Shown: piece by piece, positions 42,701-54,000 of the stretch
How positions within the stretch are numbered: the first letter of the stretch is position 1
How the letters are laid out: each line of letters begins with the position of its first letter
NCBI GenBank assembly: GCA_964016885.1
Contig: OZ024742.1
Coordinates: forward strand, 271,994,001-272,058,000
DNA: 64,000 nucleotides
From: Eledone cirrhosa
Lineage: Eukaryota
Direction of reading: 5' to 3'
The notes under the pieces: model-generated
The model's input: the letters and a program-made list of their open reading frames with translations, nothing else
Database searches by the model: none
What the model was told of the DNA's origin: nothing
Position numbers and translations under genes: made by a program

Positions 42701-43651
42701 AAAAAAGTATGACCCCGACGGCAGAGCTCAAGCCGTTTCGACGGCTATTTCTGGACTAAATAGGAATTTTTAGTCTGATGAATAAATAGCCGAACTTGTC
42801 AAGGGGGTACTTCCTTATATGGGAAGATTGTAGTTGTCAAGAGGATTGGTTAACATTTGTTGTAAACACAAATAAGTCTATCATGGCATTTGGTGGGGGG
42901 TAGGGGTGGCTGAACTTGCCTGTAGAACAATAGGGGAGTGAGTGGAGCGGTCAAGCGTTGAAAGTGATATGTATACAGCAGATTCTAAGGATAGTGTATG
43001 AAGTGGAGGAGGGAGGTTATAGAATAGGTAAATCGAATAAGAGTAGGAGACAATAAAAGATAATAGAAATAAATAAAAAAATATATAAAATTAGATAGTG
43101 AGAAATGAATAAAAAAATCACAATGCTATCTTACAATTACAGGTTAATAAGTTGAGAATATGAAAAACTTGTAGAAACTGAGTAGTAACAAAACTGATAC
43201 TAAATTAAAGGGGTTTAACACATCTGCTATAAGTAGTTAGTAAAACGTATTCGGCCAATTCTATCTTAAAAGTACAGGGGTGGGGGAACTGATGCTGCAG
43301 AGGCCCGAAGGGCAGCATCGGGGTAGGGGAAAGGGGAAAAGCAGACGAGGAAGAAAATAGGGGGTGGAAGGAAGTGAAAGGATGAGACAGGGGGAGAAGA
43401 AGACAAAGAGGAAAAGAAAAGAGAAACATCTACCTATGTAAGCTGGGGTTTCGCCTAACTTATTCGGCAAGTGTGTGTGTGTGGGGGGGGGGTATCAGCC
43501 CTTGTCTACCCACCCGGGTCGTTATGGAGTTTGAGGGCGAGGGAACTCCTACGCAATCTGTGTTTGCATGCGGTTACCAGTTCGTCTTTCTTGTTTAGGA
43601 AAAAGTATGACACCGACGGCAGAGCACAAGCCGTTTCAACGGCTATTTCTG
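42699..43651 (-). mobile_element. PLE-derived ~900-bp unit bounded by direct repeats containing a hammerhead (family H)
   Basis: 42699-42753 recurs at 43597-43651; the minus strand encodes LNKKDELVTACKH (PLE endonuclease C-terminal motif), followed by a 3' UTR. Confidence 0.75.
42713..42806 (-). ncRNA. full type I hammerhead ribozyme with U3-A8 core covariation (family H)
   Basis: Reverse complement: CCCC-TTGACAA-G.TCGGCTATTT...AAATAGCCG.C-GAA-ACGGC ttgagctct GCCGT-C-GGGG. Confidence 0.8.
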
Positions 43652-43910
43652 TACTTGTTTCTAGCTTATTAGCTATCGTCAGCATCGTATACCTTCTTGT
43701 CAGATGATTGAACGTTTGAAAGTATATACTTTCCTTATGCATATTAACGACTGAGCAGCCTAATTTGCATTACAAGTGAGTTAGTCGCCCGGGTGTACCG
43801 AAAACGTTAAATGGAAAAGAATGAAACGAAATTTCATTTCTCACTCTTAGTACGGCTGATACTTAAATGTAAGTAAGTATACAGACGTACAGTAGTATGT
43901 ATATACACAT
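43651..43910 (-). mobile_element. family F repeat copy ending at its hammerhead (43651-43688)
   Basis: Matches 29728-29990; CTGACGA-TAGCT aata AGCTA-GAAA-CAAG-TA. Confidence 0.75.
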
Positions 43911-43959
43911 AATACTGGTCCCTCAAAGAAGTATTATGTATATATATACATACTACTGG

Positions 43960-44425
43960 TCCCTCAAAAAATCAGATATAGACTATTGCATTCAATGGAA
44001 AGCTATCACTAAATCCATTCCATACGCAAGGGGCAATTCGTCTTGTGGACTGTGAATTGAAAGAAGGATAAATAATCTAAGGAGAATACGCAAAAGAAAT
44101 TGCCTAAGTTCAAGTAATCAGATCTGCTCGCGTTGTCCACACGTCTGGAAACACCTCTTACATAACTAAAAATCTCCGGATTGAATAACAACAACATTCT
44201 AATTTTCTAATCATCTCGAACATTTTATTTCGGAATTTAGCAGTTATCTCTCTTACATCTTTCGCCCGTGGTTTTGAATCGCTTGGGTGAAGTGACCGTT
44301 TCTGCACATGCGCGTTCATACGATTGTTCTTCCTGATCCATGTAGCCATGATCTGTTCGAGCTGAAGATCCGCATAAGGTGGAACAATTGTACTCGGTAT
44401 GGTGAACTAACTGTTGTTTAGTACT
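43960..44425 (+). mobile_element. PLE 3' fragment (GIY-YIG C-terminus plus pLTR with family G HHR)
   Basis: DYCIQWKAITKSIPYARGNSSCGL...CPHVWKHLL matches the 36.2 kb element; UTR matches 37390-37640. Confidence 0.82.
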
Positions 44426-44465
44426 TCTCTCTCTCTCACTATCTTTCTATATATATATATATATA

Positions 44466-46542
44466 GGTTTCTTTTATTTGCCACTAGGGCATCAAAAGTG
44501 GGACAAGTACAATGGGGGAGTTTACACAAAAAGGCGTCCTCAATAAGGAGGAGGCAATAACAAAATATAAAAATAAAATAAGATATAACAAAAAATAAAA
44601 TTTTTAACAAAATCCTCAATAGAGAGGAGGCGCCTTGGGGGGTCGCACACACCCCCGAAAAAAGTGTGCAACCCTTCTCCTCAGGAGCACAGAGAAGGGG
44701 TGCTCCCTTGGTCTTTCATCTTCCTCACCTATAGTCTGATGTAGAGTGAAGGCCCATTCACACGGGCCATTCTCGCCACTTTCACCCATCTTTCATAGAA
44801 ACGGCTGGGGTGCAGCACCTCTCTCTCCATCCTGATCCTTCTTCCGAAATGATAACGGAAGAAACGGACCAGTTGTTGGCCAGAGAGAAAGGTGCCTGAC
44901 CTCAGTCCTTTCAGACGCGTCCACCATACAACCTCTTTCGCCATGGCTATTACGCACAGAAACACCGCCTCTGCTTCATCTTTGAAGGGGGGAGGCGGCT
45001 TGATCATTACAATAGACTCGGTGGTCAACCGGATCGGTCCCACCCTTGACAGCAGTTGTTCGACATAGCCCCACAGATCGGCTACGCCCGAGCAGTGTAC
45101 CAATGCGTGTGCAACGGTTTCCTCGTCGCACACGCATCTGGGACAGATCTTTTTGGCGGGGTCCCTACCCGGGCGCCCGTGTCTGTAGAGCCTTTCTCGA
45201 ACGGGTAAAGCCCCTCGGTAGCACTGCCAGGCCAGGGACTTCTGGAAGTTGTCCATAGGTCCCGGGCTGAATGTCCTACCGAACAGGCTGGCCAGTTCGT
45301 CCTCCTCCATGTCTAGGGCTTCTCCGAGGGCGTCGTCGCACCTGCTGCGTACCAGCCCTCTATAGAATGTTGCGGTGGAGTCTCCACTGATAACCGGATC
45401 CGCCTGCCAGAGGGCGGTGAGCGCCTGGGCACACTCAGTGTGCCAGGCGCCCAGTTTTCTCGGTCTTTGCTTGACCCAGGATTGCAGCTCGGTGAGTGAG
45501 ACGAGTCTGGGAAAGGTTCGTCTCACAAACGAGGCCCACACCGGCTGTCCGGTGAGGAATACGTAGAGGTGCCGTAGCCTTAATGCGTGTTTACGCATCA
45601 TTAGCCACGGCATCCCCAGCCCTCCTTTCGAAGGGTGTTGACAGCAGATGGATCTCCTCACCATAGGAGCCCGCCTCTTCCAAAGGAATTGGAAGAGCGC
45701 GCGCTCCATCTTGGTGAGGGTTTCCCTTGGGCAGGGCACTACGGTCAGGCGGTAGTAGATGACGGACGCTATGTAGGTGTTCGCCACCTCCGCCCGATCT
45801 TTCAGGGATAGTTTGCAACTGGCCCACTTCTGGGTCAGTGCAAACACCCTGTTCGTAACCTCCGCCCAGCTTTTCTCCACCTGGAGGTCCGGTCCGAACC
45901 AAACCCCGAGCAACTTCACCGGGCCCTCCGTCCAGCGTCCGACGACGCCATCGGAGGGCATCGGTCTGCCCCTCCACGTGCCGAGTTGCAAACCGATCGA
46001 CTTGTCCCGGTTCAGCTTAGCCCCTGTGAACTTTTCGTTCTCCTCCAGTAATGTGCCGACCGCCTCGATTTCGGAGGCCGTCGACACCATTACTGTCACG
46101 TCATCGGCGTAGGCCGACACCGCTTTCCGCAATCCCGGTTCCAAAGGGATGCCCTGCAACAACTCCAACTTCCGCAGTAGTGGCTCGAGAGTCAACACAT
46201 ACAGAAGGGAGGAGAGAGGGCACCCTTGTCGGATGGACCGCGCGATTTTGAACGGCTCCGAGAGGTAGCCGTTCACTTTGACCCTAGAGCAGATGCGGCT
46301 GCTGTGCATAGCAGTGATCCAGCCCCTGAAAACGGGTCCGAAGCCTGCCGCCGCTAGCACCGCATCCAGGTAACCATGGTCGACCCTATCGAACGCCTTA
46401 GATTGATCCAAGTTGATCAGAGCCCCACCAAAGCCGGGTTCGTTCCCAACCCTCTCTATGATGTATCGCATGAGGTGGAGGTTGTCATGGATGGTCCTGG
46501 ACGGGATAGCGCATGTCTGCGCATCTCCCACCAGGTTGCCCA
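44466..46542 (-). mobile_element. young 5'-truncated L1/Tx1-clade LINE inserted in (TA)n
   Basis: Uninterrupted 604-aa frame; 3' UTR ends GGCAAATAAAAGAAACC, then (TA)n; same family as 940-3370. Confidence 0.95.
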
Positions 46543-46543
46543 A
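44729..46543 (-). CDS. Tx1-type ORF2 fragment: reverse transcriptase and C-terminal zinc-binding domain (5'-truncated, not a true start)
   Basis: LDQSKAFDRVDH, IRQGCPLS, AYADDVT, KLLGVWF, GGLGMP, CPRC...ETVAHALVHC. Confidence 0.85.
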   Translation of the reverse strand: MGNLVGDAQTCAIPSRTIHDNLHLMRYIIERVGNEPGFGGALINLDQSKAFDRVDHGYLDAVLAAAGFGPVFRGWITAMHSSRICSRVKVNGYLSEPFKIARSIRQGCPLSSLLYVLTLEPLLRKLELLQGIPLEPGLRKAVSAYADDVTVMVSTASEIEAVGTLLEENEKFTGAKLNRDKSIGLQLGTWRGRPMPSDGVVGRWTEGPVKLLGVWFGPDLQVEKSWAEVTNRVFALTQKWASCKLSLKDRAEVANTYIASVIYYRLTVVPCPRETLTKMERALFQFLWKRRAPMVRRSICCQHPSKGGLGMPWLMMRKHALRLRHLYVFLTGQPVWASFVRRTFPRLVSLTELQSWVKQRPRKLGAWHTECAQALTALWQADPVISGDSTATFYRGLVRSRCDDALGEALDMEEDELASLFGRTFSPGPMDNFQKSLAWQCYRGALPVRERLYRHGRPGRDPAKKICPRCVCDEETVAHALVHCSGVADLWGYVEQLLSRVGPIRLTTESIVMIKPPPPFKDEAEAVFLCVIAMAKEVVWWTRLKGLRSGTFLSGQQLVRFFRYHFGRRIRMEREVLHPSRFYERWVKVARMARVNGPSLYIRL

Positions 46544-46554
46544 TATATATATAA

Positions 46555-46590
<36 letters not shown>

Positions 46591-46591
<1 letters not shown>

Positions 46592-49493
46592 TTTTCTTTA
46601 TTAACCACAAGGGTTTACATAACATAGACATTAAGGACAGTACAGGATAATACAGGACGGTACAAATAGTCATTTCTGCGTGTAAAAAAACAAAAGCAGA
46701 GGATGCAACAAAAAAAATAACAATGAAAAATTCCACAATAGGGGGGAGACTTCCGAGGCACATTTGTGGAAAAAGCCCATTAAAAGGCCACAGTGACCCT
46801 GATCCCCCAGGGCAAGTGCCCTCTCCCAGTTTCCACCTTTAATTTACAGGCACATACTCAGAGTAGGCCCATTCACTGGGGCCATACTTGCTTCTCTCAC
46901 CCATCTTTCAAAATAATGCTGGGAAGAGAGCACTTCCCTCTCTTCCCTGATTTACCTTTTCAAATGAAATTTGAAAAAGTTAATCAGGGCATCACCGAAG
47001 AGGTAAGTGCTCGTCTTCAGACCTTTCAAACGTGTCCACCATACTATCTCTTTCGCCATGGCCACTAGATAGATAAAAACTGCCTGCCTTTCCCGGCTAA
47101 AGGAAGAGGGCGGGGCAATCCTCATGATGGACTTAACTGATAGCTGGATCCGTCCTACACATGACAGCAGGTGTTCGACATAAACCCACAAGTCAGCAAT
47201 GCTCGGACACTGGACGAGTGCGTGCAGGACGGTTTCGTCGCCCTGCGCGCATCTCGGACAGGCCCGGCTGACGGCACCTCCATGCCTGTAGATTTTATCC
47301 CGAACTGGCAAAACTCCTCGGTAGCACTGCCAGGCCAGGGATTTCTGGAAGTTGTCCATAGGCTCCGGCCCGAAAGTCCTTCCGAAGAGATTGGCTATTT
47401 GATTTTCGTGGACGCCTAGACTAGTTCCAAGTACGTCGTCACGCTTCCCCTCCACTAATCCTCTATAGAACGCCAAGGTGGAATTTCCACCGGTCACATT
47501 GCCCGGTTGGTCGAGGGCTGTGAGCGCCTGAAGAGATTCCAGTCTCCAAGAGCTACATCTTGGTCTTCGCTTGACCCAGGACTGAAGCTCTGTCAAGGAG
47601 ACGAGCTGGGGAAAGATGTGTCTAGCAAACAGCGACCACACCTGATCACCGTCGAGGAAGAGGTGGAGATGTCGTAGCCTTAACGCGTGTCTGCGCATCA
47701 TCAGCCACGCCATGCCCAGCCCTCCAAAGAGCGCGTCCCTTCCACAAAAATCAAAAGAGCAAACGCTCCAGCGCAGTCAGGCTGGGCTTAGGTCAAGGTA
47801 TGACGGTCAGGCGGTTTTTGGAGGGGTACGGAAGAGAATCTTTATTTTCTTTTTTGGTTTCTTTTTTTCTTTTTTCCTGATACCGTTTCCTACTCCACGT
47901 CGTCACAATGTGTCTCCATTAGTGATAGGCCGGGGAGTGGAAAATCCTCCACAGGCGTTGGTTTTGTTTGTGGCGTGGTGGATGGTGTAGGCGCTGTTGC
48001 TAGTTCTGGCGCGTTGCGTGGTGGTGGTGTTGGTTTTGCTACTGTTGCTGGGGTGGTTTCTGTTACAGTTGCTTCTGTTGCTGCGGCTACAGTTGATGCT
48101 GCCATCTCTGCTGCTGGTGGTGTTGATGGTTCAGTTACTGGGGTGGGTAAGAGAGGTGGTCTCCACCTTTTAGCCTGAGGTCAGAAAGCCCTTAGGTGGG
48201 TTCCTTCACCACAAACAACACACCTAGGCCTCCTGCCCTCGACGATTACGGTGAGGTGGCTGCCGTCAGTGAGGTCTATTAACTCTGGGATCTCCTCAAT
48301 GCTTTGTTCGTCCGCTTGGATCAGGAGCTCCATCCCAGATCCGGACCAGTTCTCCTGCTCTTCCTTCGTTATATCGACTATCTTGCTGTTGGCTTCGATG
48401 CCGGCGAGGACGGCAGCTATTAACCAGGGAATTTCAATGGCCGGTGGAACGTGGGTCACCCTGATCTTCACGGGTCTCTGGCCACAATAGCTTGGGACGA
48501 GTGTGAAGTCGTCACTTCTTAATGGGGCCATGGAGTGTTCTCTGGCCTCCTGTGGTGTTTCAAAGAACACGTCCACGGTTCCATATTTCTGGCCACGTCT
48601 TCTCTGGGGTTTTTTGGCCCACACGTTGTCCAAAGCTTTTTGGATTTGGGACTCGGATGCCCGTTCCACTCGGCGCGATTTTATATTAATAGTCCGATAA
48701 GACACGGTGCATAGGCACCGATGCTCCATTTTATCAGGTGTGAGTGTGTGTGTGTGTGGGGGGGGGGCTTTTGGTTTTTTTTGGGGGCTGACCCAGTACC
48801 CATCTTTCTTTACCATTTTTTTGGCTTCATCTAATTCTTCCTGAGTTACCTGGAATGCTTCGCACTGTTTTACTACTCTGGCAAAACTCAGGTTGGTTTT
48901 CTTTATTTCATTCTTGCTGTTGTTGTTATCGTTATTTTTGTTATTGTTAATTTTATTTTCAGTTGTCGTGGTGGTGGCGTCAGTGGTGTTCGGTGAGTAA
49001 GAGTTCATTTTGGTTGAATTCATTTCGATATCACGAGTTAATTTATGTTTTTCTTTTGTTTCTGTTGTCGCTGTGCTGTTGGTGGGATTGGCGGCTTTAA
49101 CACCAGCAGTCATTGGTAATAGCGGGAAATGAATGTCTGTCAGAGACAAATTTAAAATATTGCTACTGCTTATATTTTTAGTATTGGCAAACGTAGTAAT
49201 ATTTACTATGGTGGTGTCGGTGTGAGGTGTTAGTTTGTGAGGAAGGCTCTCAGCTACTTGGTTCAGTTTTGTGTCGGCAATGATTTTTCAAAGAATTTTT
49301 CTCCTTGATATTTATAAATGTTTAAATTTTGGGCTCAAGAACCCAATCTTTTTTAGTGTCCTTATCAGAAAACAATGTATGTGCACTTATATACAGTTAA
49401 CAATAAAAATTGTCCATAAATGGCAATTTTATACAACTGAAAACAACAAACTTTGCGGAGCTCACGATGATACGATATACTACGTAGGTCGCC
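46591..49493 (-). mobile_element. Tx1-clade LINE (second family) with ~3-kb internal deletion, flanked on both sides by (AAT)n
   Basis: 5' UTR and ORF1 (48181-49149, CVVCGEGTHLRAF zinc knuckle) are fused at ~47815 to the ORF2 C-terminus; (AAT)n at 46556-46590 and 49494-49547. Confidence 0.9.
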
Positions 49494-49547
<54 letters not shown>

Positions 49548-49548
<1 letters not shown>

Positions 49549-51067
49549 GTCCCTTTCCTTCTTCCTCCGACACCAGCAGTATTTGGTTGAAAGCCAGGTC
49601 CATGCTGCTGAGCGAGGGAGCACCTGCTGGGTGAGAGTCTGTCACATGACATCCCGAATCAAGGATAATAATGTTACCAACTATAGACCTATCACATGTC
49701 TGTCTGTAATGTGGAAACTGTTGACAAGCATTGTGTCTGAGGAAATTTACCATCACCACCTCACAAACAACTTGTTACCAGACGAACAGAAAGGATGCCG
49801 AAAGAAGTCCCGTGGTACAAAGGACCAGTTACTTATTGATAAGATGGTAATGAGGAATTGCAAGAGGAGACACACTGGCCCTGCCATGGGATGGATAGAC
49901 TACAAAAAGGCATTTGACATGGTGCCTCATTATTGGATCAGCAATTGCCTAGAGATCTTCAAAGTGGCAGATAACATCAGACAGTTGTTTGGCAAAAGTA
50001 TGAGGTCCTGGAAAACAGAGTTAACATCCGCTGCAGAATCCTTGGGAGGCGTGAAGATCAAGAGAGGTATCTGTCCCCTCTGTTGTTTGTCCTTGTCCTG
50101 ATGCCCCTGGCCATTATACTGCGAAAAGTGAGAGCAGGATACAAGTTGGGAAAGGGAGAGCTTAACATGAATCACCTTCTCTTCATGGACGATTTTAAGC
50201 TCTTCGGGAAGAGTGAGAAGGAGTTGGATGTGCTTCTTGACACTCCGTATTTTCAGCAATGATATATATATGCAATTTGGTATTAATAAGTGTGGAGTCC
50301 TAGTGATGAAGAAGGGTAAATTGAGCAGAAGCAACGGAATCCAGGTACCAACAGGTAAGATGATAAAGGAAATTGACACTGAAGAAGGATACAAGTATTT
50401 GGGTGTTCTGGAGGCTGATGACATGAAGAACAAAAACATGAAGGAATTGATAAGATCTGAATACATTCGGGGAGTAAGGAGCGTATTAAAATCACATCTG
50501 AACAGTAGGAATGCCATAAGTGCAGCACATTCCCGAGCTGTGTCTATTATTAGGTACATGCGGGAATTATGAAATGGAATGTTGCTGAACAAAAACAAAT
50601 GGATAGGAAGACTAGGAAGCTATTGACTATCTACAACATGTTCCACAAGAGGAGAGATATCGATAGACTCTACTTAAGGAGATCTGAAGGTGGAAGAGGT
50701 ATTATCAGCATAGAAGACTGAGTTCAGTTTGAGAAAAACAAACTACACAAATACGTGACTGATAGTAAGGAGCCAATGCTCAGAATTGTACTGAAGGAGA
50801 GGACTATAGACCAGGGGATGTCCAAAGAGGAAATAACAGCGAGGAGAAAGAGCAGCCTTCATGAAAAATCCCTTCATAGTACCTTCTTTGAGAAATCTGT
50901 ATTCAGAGATCCACACAAATGGAACTGGTTGAAAAGAGGAGACCTTAAAAATGCTACAGAAGGAATGCTAATGGCTGCGCAAGAGCAGGCCCTCAAAACG
51001 AAGTGGCTGAAACACCATATTTACAAGGAGGAGGCTAGTCCACTGTGCAGGATTTATGGAGAGAGAG
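49548..51067 (+). mobile_element. R4/Dong-clade LINE fragment, truncated at both ends
   Basis: [74 protein letters not shown]; 5' end abuts (TAA)n, the known Dong target. Confidence 0.9.
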
Positions 51068-54000
51068 AGGAAGAGGTGTAGATGTCGTAGCCTGAGCGCG
51101 TGTTGCGCATCATCAGCCACGGCATACCCAGCCCTCCACGTAGCGGGTGTTGACAGCTGTTGGACCGCCTGACCATCGGAGCGTGTCCCTTCCACAACAG
51201 GCGGGAGAGCAAACGCTCCAGCGCAGTCAGGTGGGGCTTAGGACAAGGTACAACGGTCAGGCGGTAGTAGATGACGGACGCGATATACGCGTTAGCCACC
51301 TCCGCTCGACCTTTCAGTGATAGCTTCTTCTCGGCCCATTTCTCGGTGAGAGAAGCCACCCTGCTCGTCACCTCGTCCCAGTTTTTGTCCATCTGTAGAT
51401 CCAGACCAAACTAGAACCCGAGCAATTTAACTGGTCCGTCCGTCCAGCGCCCGAGGATGCTGTTGGACGGCATGGACCTGCCTCTCCAGGAGCCGAGCTG
51501 CATACCCACTGTCTTTTCCTGGTTGATCATTGCTCCTGTCACCGCTTCGTATTCTCTTAGTGTAGTGCCGATAGCCTCGATGTGTTTGGCGTTCGACACC
51601 ACTACGGTGACATCGTCCGCATATGCTGACACGGATCTTCCGCATCCTAGTTCGCGCGGGACCCCACTCATCGTCTCCAGTTTGTGCAGCAATTGCTCGA
51701 GATTCAATACGTACAAGAGGGACGAGAGGGGACATCCTTGGCGGACCGCTGCGCATGATGTTGAACGGTTCCGAAAGGTGACCGTTTACTCTCACCACAG
51801 AGCAGATGTCGCTGTGCATGGCAGCGATCCAGCCTCTGAAGACGGGCCCAAAGCCAGCCGCACTCAGGACTGCCGCTAGGTAACGATGTCGACCCTATCG
51901 AAAGCTTTCGACTGATCTAAATTTATCAAAGACCCACCCGTGCCAAGTTCCCTAGCTACCCTCTCTATATGTATCGCATGAGGTGGAGGTTGTCGTGGAT
52001 GCATCTGTCGGGCGTGGCGCATTTCTGCGCCTCTCCAACCAGACCACCAACGACAAGCGCCAACCTCTTTGCTAGCTCCTTGGCCAACATCTTGAACTCT
52101 GTGTTTAGCAGAGTTATGGGCCTAAAATCATCTCTGTTATCCCCCTTGTTCGAATCCTTTCTCAGCAGAGCCACCGCTCCTCGGCTCACAGAGCTGGGAA
52201 TTCTCACGTTATGTTGCCAGTTGCAGTAGACGTCCGCCAAGAGGCCTCCAAACAAGTCTGGAATTTGTACGTAAAGTTGATAGGGCAGACCATCCAAACA
52301 AGGCGATTTACCCCTTGTGCAGCCAGTCATTGCCTCCCATACTTCAGCGGCTGTTATCGGCTTTTCGCAACACTCCGCCTCAGTGGCCGAGAGCCGCGGC
52401 AGTCCGTCGAGGTAGACACTAATGTCCATCCCTCGATCCGGCCCGCCGCTGCCCCCGAACAGTTGAGCGAAGTGTCGCTGAAAAGCTTCGCACATTTGCC
52501 CGGGATCGAGTAGCATGCGCACGTCGTGGTCCACTAAAGACCGGATCGTGGCTTTGATGCAACGACGCGCCTCCGCCACTCGGGACCATTGAACGGCTTT
52601 CGTCCCCTCGTATCTGACAACACGCACCTTAGCTCTGACAATGCAGCCTTCGTGCTTTTCATTGAAGACTTGGTCAAGGGCCAATTTCGCCGCAAGCACA
52701 TCGGTCGCGATGCCTTTGCAAAGCGCCTCGTCTATGTTTCTAACAAATTCTCCCTCTGCTCTATTTTTCTCTATTGCTAAAGCCTTACTAAACCTAATGG
52801 ACTCTATTCTAATTGCTCTTTTCAGAGCAAACCACCACTCATTATTGACGATGGCCCACGTCAATGCCCGCTTAACTAGATCGCTAATCCGGTCTCTGTT
52901 GGCCTTGCGCGCTGGTAAGGACGCGTTTAGCTTCCAGTAGCCGGGTCCTCGTCTATAAAGCCTATCTAAGTCAAGCACACAGATCACGAATGTGTAGTCC
53001 GTGTAGCTGACTATCTTGAATTGTGGACAGCCTATGCTAGACCTATCTATTTCCCTTCAAAATACTCTATCTAGATATGATCTGGATGACCCTATGCGAT
53101 TTGTCCAAGTCCACATTGGTACATTCGGGAAATCCAATTGGTACCTGTCAGACAGTTCAAAACGCCTGAGCAGGTTGGTGAGACTCTTGCACCCTCCTCC
53201 CCTATCCACTAATCCCACACAATCCCAGCGTGCATCTAAGATCCCGTTCCAGTCGCCCACTAACACTAAAGAGCGGGACGTTCCAAGAAAGGTCTCCAGA
53301 CGCCGGAAGAAATCAGGCCGCCCTGCTCGTGTCGGGGCATAGACGATCACTAACCTGAAAGCTTGCCGGTCTCCGCTGGTCACGTCCAGCACCACCAACT
53401 TACCTTCTGGGTCCAGGAAGATGGCCCATAAGGCAAGATCCAAACCTCTCCGAAAAAGCACAGCAACACCTCCCCCCGATCCCGGATGGCTGGGAAATGC
53501 GTACACATCGTAGCCGCCGAAGATCGGTGAGAAGGCCCGTGCTTCGGAGATTCTGGTCTCGCTGATGGCCACTACATCTATGTTTAGTGACCTGAGGTCG
53601 TTGAGCAAGTGGCCCTGCTTCCAAGACGACCCCAAGCGACGCGCATTTATGATGCCTATTCTGAGTGAGGTAATGTTTAAATGGAGTGGAAAAGATGGCA
53701 AAGACCACTTACCTTACTTCTCGTAGAGGAAGGACGGTTTTTCCATCCTTTTCACTGCTTGTGGCCTCCTCAGGAAGGATGTCCTTATAAATCCTCCTGG
53801 AGAGTGCTTGACGGAAGTCTCCGATTTCTTTGGGAATTTTTGTTTTAGTGTCATGTACGTGTTCTGTGTGATGCGAGTGATTTGTATGTGTAGAGGTGGT
53901 GTGAATTTTTGGGTTGTTGCGTAGTCTTTTTCTGTGATGCTGGTGTTGTGTTGGATGTAGTGTAATAATTGCTTGTTGTTCAAATTTAATGCTGTGTATT

